Assembly: GCA_002269645.1 (NCBI GenBank)
Contig: NIVC01003329.1
Location: forward strand, 1-64,000
Direction of reading: 5' to 3'
From: Macrostomum lignano
Taxonomy: Eukaryota
DNA: 64,000 nt
The position numbers and the translations under genes were made by a program. Under the pieces are notes generated by a model. The model made no database searches. It was not told where the DNA came from and saw only the letters and a list, made by a program, of their open reading frames with translations. How positions within the stretch are numbered: the first letter of the stretch is position 1; each line of letters begins with the position of its first letter. This document shows positions 59,601 through 64,000 of the stretch, in pieces.

Positions 59601-60467
59601 CAACCCCTGACCAACGCACTCTGTACACCCTGAGCGGTGGCACTTGCAGATCCAGGTTGCGCAGATGAGGACACTGGGAGCCCTTCATTATACTGGGCCG
59701 AATCGCGTCCGCTGTCTGCCAATCTCGGATCCAGCATTACAGCTTCCCGGTTCTGAGAATCCGGATAACCTGAATTTTCAGAAAGCACCATGCCGTGACG
59801 ATTTTCATTTTCCGTTCCGTTCTGTCCACCATGTGGTCGATGTGTCTGAAATTGTATTTTGGGTTCGATTCCGTGAGCGAACTCTTTAATTTTGGGCTTG
59901 TGTTATGCTCGCCGTGCAATTTTCACTGCAGTGCTAGCCGTATCAGACTGCTTGCCTGATTTGGTTGCCTGATTTGGTTGGTTGAAGCATTTCTAATGCC
60001 CATGGTCTAGCAACTAACGAATTGACTGCTGCTAATATCAGAAAGGCTCAGTGGAGTCCATACAGACGTTCTCACCGCTCCCTCGACATCGCTTTGCTTG
60101 TCTGTCATGTCGACAATTGGCAGGTAGAAATGATGGAGCCTTGCAGTTTACCGTCTCAGCAGTGTAAAATAAAATCTAGCGGTGAGAATTTATTTGCATG
60201 ATAAAGAGGCTTCGAACAAGGCACTTTATTTGTGAGCCAGCCAATAGACTCTCGGACAGTAAGTGCAGCTGTACATGTTTGATATCTACACTGGTTAAGT
60301 GTAGAAAGTGCAGAGACGATCTGACTCACTGCTGTAAAGAGCACAGAATATACACAGAATGGCGAATCCCGCATTTTGAGAAAATTTCTTGCATAAGAAT
60401 GATATTCTATACTGGCTACTCTTGTTGTGAAGAAAAACTAAGTAGTGTTGTATCCCAGCAGCCCCCG

Positions 60468-60830
60468 GGGGGCCGTAGCCCAGCGGTCTAGCGCAGGCTC
60501 TGGTGTGCCAGCGACCCAGGCTCGATTCCAAGTGCAGTCACATTAATTTGGGGCTGAATTGGAATCTCGGCTTGGCTCTGCTCGTGCAATTAACGGCCTT
60601 GAGAGCCAAACCCCCCAAGGTGCAGTGAAGTGTACATGCCTAACGATAAAATAAAGTTAGGGCCACTGTACACTCCTGTGTGAGTGTGTGCCTGCGTACG
60701 TATCCGCACGCGCTTTTATGCCTGCTCAGGGAAGTCGGCGGAATGGGCAGTAATGCCTCTTGCCGGTTGTGTGCCTATGTCGCTTAAAGTGCGCCAGGGT
60801 GCACACAACCCCCCTGCCTCTAATTAAAAA
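60468..60830 (+). mobile_element. tRNA-derived SINE (second copy of the 40772 family)
   Basis: Reverse-complement match to 40772-41131, with A and B boxes and a 16-bp TSD ATCCC(A/T)GCAGCCCCCG (60452-60467 and 60831-60846). Confidence 0.9.
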
Positions 60831-61885
60831 ATCCCTGCAGCCCCCGGCCCGGCAGTAGGGTGGTACTACAGAGTACAGTACTGAGTAAAAGCGGGTCCTT
60901 GCTTAGCCTGCGCGCGGGCGCTAGGGCGAGCAATTCCAAAAAGTCTGGGGCGTCAGGACAGGCCCACGCAGCTTTCCCACGCGTCGGGACGCAGTGGTGC
61001 TGGCCGCCTTCAGCGAGGCGTCGGGACGCGCTGGCTGGCGGCGTAAAGACGTATGTACGTACGGTATGTACCCTTCCGACGTCTCCCTCTAATCGAGCTG
61101 AGTCGGCGTCAGGACACACGGACTCTCTTTCACCCCCTAGGCAACCGAAATAAGGAAAGCAGATCGCGCACTTACTCAACTGGCGGCTGTCGCCCAGGGC
61201 CGGTACAGGTTGATGGCCTTTTTCGTTTTATTTTTCTTTTCAAAACGTATCGCCGTAGCCTTGGCTGTATGGAGCCGTCTAGCTAATTGGAGCTGACTGA
61301 ATTTGGAGTACTAAGAGAGAGGGATAGCCGAGACGTGCACCGCTCCAACCCGCTGCGAGCGATGCCAAATAGCACACGCCCGCGGAGGGGGAGGGCCACG
61401 CGCTCTCCACCCCACCACCCCACCAACCAGCCAGCCAACCCCCCGCCCGGGGACGGCAGCACCAAACCCGCCGCCGGCTCAGCCAATCACTACACGGCTG
61501 GGCTGGCCGCAACCAATCAACCATGCAGGGCGAGAGAAATAATACCAGTAAAAAAACAAACCGACTTAAGCCTCTGGCTGGGGCATACGCAAAGAGGGGT
61601 TAACAAACAAAAAAAGAATGTATGCAAATAGGGTTGACTCAACCCACTGGGAGGGCCAGGTGCACTGGCACTGTGAAAGTGCACAACACAACAGCAGGCT
61701 GAATGGCACTTTACCAATTCTTTCCATGTATCCCCCACTTGCCCCGGGCGAACATCTATGGTCTCGATGTAAATTTCATTTATTTGCATCGGTGCAAATA
61801 AACGGTTTATTTCACTGTGCAACTGCTCTTTCGATGCAAATAAATGGTATATATTCCCAATTTATACCAGTGCTAGGGCAATATA

Positions 61886-62523
61886 CTCAGCAACAGTCAA
61901 AAGTTCCACCCACCAAGCGAGCTGAAAATTTTCTCACTTATTGCGACAAATTCTCACACACAATTCAACCCTCAAGTTACGCAACTAAGCCGCGGCGAGG
62001 AAGGGAAAGTGGACTGTATCAATAACTTGTAATAAACGTCAGTCGCACAAAATCATAAATTTTTTAATGCAATATTCAGTTAGAATCGCGATGCTTAATA
62101 ACGCGTGCAGGATCCCCTCGCATGCAGAAGTGCGCGATTCTGCGGGGCATCCTCAGGATGAGGCGGCGCAGAGAGTCCTGGGGGAAGCTGCTGCCAAGCG
62201 TTTTCAATGGCATGACGCAGCTCCGCAACATTCTGTGGTGGATTCTCTTTTCGAATGCTACGTTTTAGGAAGTTCCAGACATGCTCAATGGGATTCATGT
62301 CTGGGAACCGGGAAGGCCAGCGCAGAGTGCGCAGCTGTAGCTGTTCCTTCAGTTGACTAACAGCATCGGCTCGGTGTGGCGGCGCGTTGTCCTCCTGGAC
62401 CATTAAGCAGACCCAAGACACCCCCAAGTGGCAATAAGATTTGTTCGTGCCGTAAGTTGCGTCACTCGCAATAAGTGAAAAAATCATCATCTCAGTGGGG
62501 TGGAACTTTTCACTGTTGCTGAG
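61886..62523 (-). mobile_element. Internally deleted Tc1 element keeping the C-terminal DDE segment
   Basis: About 60-bp TIRs (CTCAGCAACAGT.AAAAGTTCCACC...CACTTATTGCGA) flanked by TA. Peptide QEDNAPPHRA...WPSRFPDMNPIEHVW...AWQQLP in ORF 62095-62586. Confidence 0.85.
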
Positions 62524-63194
62524 TATAAATGCTTGAGTGACTTGTTTATTAACCAAGGCGAAGCCGAGGTCAAGGCACGAAAGCATTTTTGCCCTAGCAC
62601 TTGGTATTAATGGGGAATATGTGATGTATCCACCACTTGCCCCGGGCGAACGTCTATGGTCTCAGTGTAAATTTCATTTATTGCGGCTTTGTTCCACAGA
62701 ATATAGGAAGGCTTGATAGAACCAACCCACCCCTTCCAAACTGTGCTATTTTTAATAACTACGACGTACCTTAAGGCTGGCCCTGCCTTCTGGTGCTTCT
62801 GAGCTTTACGTTAGTGCCTTAGACAACATGCCTTGGGCGTTCTAGCACGAGCTCATGGCGTGAAAGCATGCAGGTCAAATGCATTATTGATCGTCTTTGC
62901 TGTATTGCATTCTCTATCGCCCAAGCTGGTGCTGCTAAAGCAAGTTTTGGCTTCAAAAGTGCTAATACCGAAGGCATATCTGCTAGGGTTTGAATACGCA
63001 GCTTATTGTGATACTGTTTTTGCATGACTGCGTCTGCTTCGAGGCTTCAGTGCGCTGCATACGGATGCCCAGACTACGCCGGAAAGTGTCCGCCGGGCAC
63101 CGGTTTCCGGCAGCCAGAGAGCGGTGAGTGGCAGCTCGATAATTCTTAAAAAATGATAAGAGCGTTTTTACGTTTCCACGCCCCTTTTCGTTTT

Positions 63195-63550
63195 AGATGC
63201 AAAGATTGGGCTAAGCGCATCTTCAGAGCTGACCTGCTGTTCCGCTTCTTTAAAACCGAGTGCAACTGAAGGGAACTGAAGGGAAAGCAATTCGATCGGA
63301 CACGCTTCCTGCGACTGAAGTACAAGCGAGACGACAGCTTAGTCACCCCAAGCAGAGCAGTTATCAGAGCTGTCACTGAGATGGAACGCCAATTCAAATT
63401 GCTGGAAGTCACAGAGTTCAAGCATGTGTCACACAGAATCAGCAAATTATTGGCCAATTGCATCAGGCCATATATTGCGACTCATTGCGCTGAGCACTCA
63501 GAGAGATGCGTGATGGGCATTGCGAGGCTGTTCTCGAAGCTAGCATTTTG
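63195..63550 (+). pseudogene. Possible decayed P-element/THAP9-type transposase C-terminal fragment
   Basis: The frame reading TRFLRLKYKRDDSLVTPSRAVIRAVTEMERQF...HCAEH resembles P-transposase C-termini (L..PS..V....E..F; C..H). It is interrupted by a 10-bp duplication and a stop. Confidence 0.35.
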
Positions 63551-64000
63551 CTAGCTTCTTGCAATGCAATGAGGCGAGGCGAGCATTTTGCAATGAGCAA
63601 TCGAGAAAGTTCAGGAGGATGAGTGTGATTGCATGAGATTTGCAATTTCTGTTGCGCCTGGCATTTCCTGCCTTGCGTGCAGCGCTAAAACTTAACCTGT
63701 TTCTATATGTTTGTTCCTTTTGTTTTTTAGCTTGCATATACATGGCAATGAGGTTACAACAGCTGTTACTACTGCTCATGATTTTGCGCACGCACCGTTC
63801 TGAACAAATTAATTACAAGAATAGCGCAGCATTCATCTGCAGCGTCAAAAAGACGACTCAAAGCTTTCAAAGGCTGTCTTGAGCTCGACTTTTACATTCA
63901 ACTTTGCGTTAAAAAAAGTTGCAGCTACTTATCAGCTTCAAAACGTTAGTAGTGCAAGTGCATTTATTTTCGCTTTCATAGAGAACTGCCGATTCGCCAT

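Noticed and set aside
56685-59610. 27-aa and 6-aa repeat ORFs
   Set aside because: These are 81-bp and 18-bp minisatellites that are open on both strands, with no coding evidence.
60900-61520. GC-rich block with CCAAT boxes as a promoter or first exon
   Set aside because: It is plausible, but I could not link it to any coding exon in the window, so it is not called.

Overview
Eukaryotic (invertebrate animal) genomic DNA. GC-rich spliced exons sit between AT-rich spacers and many minisatellites; the style is consistent with a free-living flatworm such as Macrostomum, which is an inference. Genes I could reconstruct exon by exon: a NO VEIN/sacsin-type GHKL-ATPase-like gene (+, 1780-8309), a universal stress protein (+, 11294-12236), atlastin (-, 21409-15425), a 12-exon GAF-GAF phosphodiesterase of the PDE5/6/11 type with remodelled substrate-pocket motifs (-, 42101-33381), an unrecognised two-TM protein (+, 47506-48578) and a CYP2-clan P450 (+, 53859-55481). 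Mobile DNA includes a solo LTR with a 4-bp TSD, three tRNA-derived SINE copies, a hAT MITE, two Tc1 remnants and two LINEs. The most striking element is a 4.07-kb foldback-type transposon (24695-28767). It has perfect 68-bp TIRs, an 8-bp TSD and arms built from 177-bp tandem units, and it encloses a doubly truncated RTE LINE fragment. Almost every long intron is filled with its own private minisatellite. Several otherwise intact genes carry single-base indels in G/C runs, which are probably assembly errors. All calls come from reading the sequence by eye; no searches were run.
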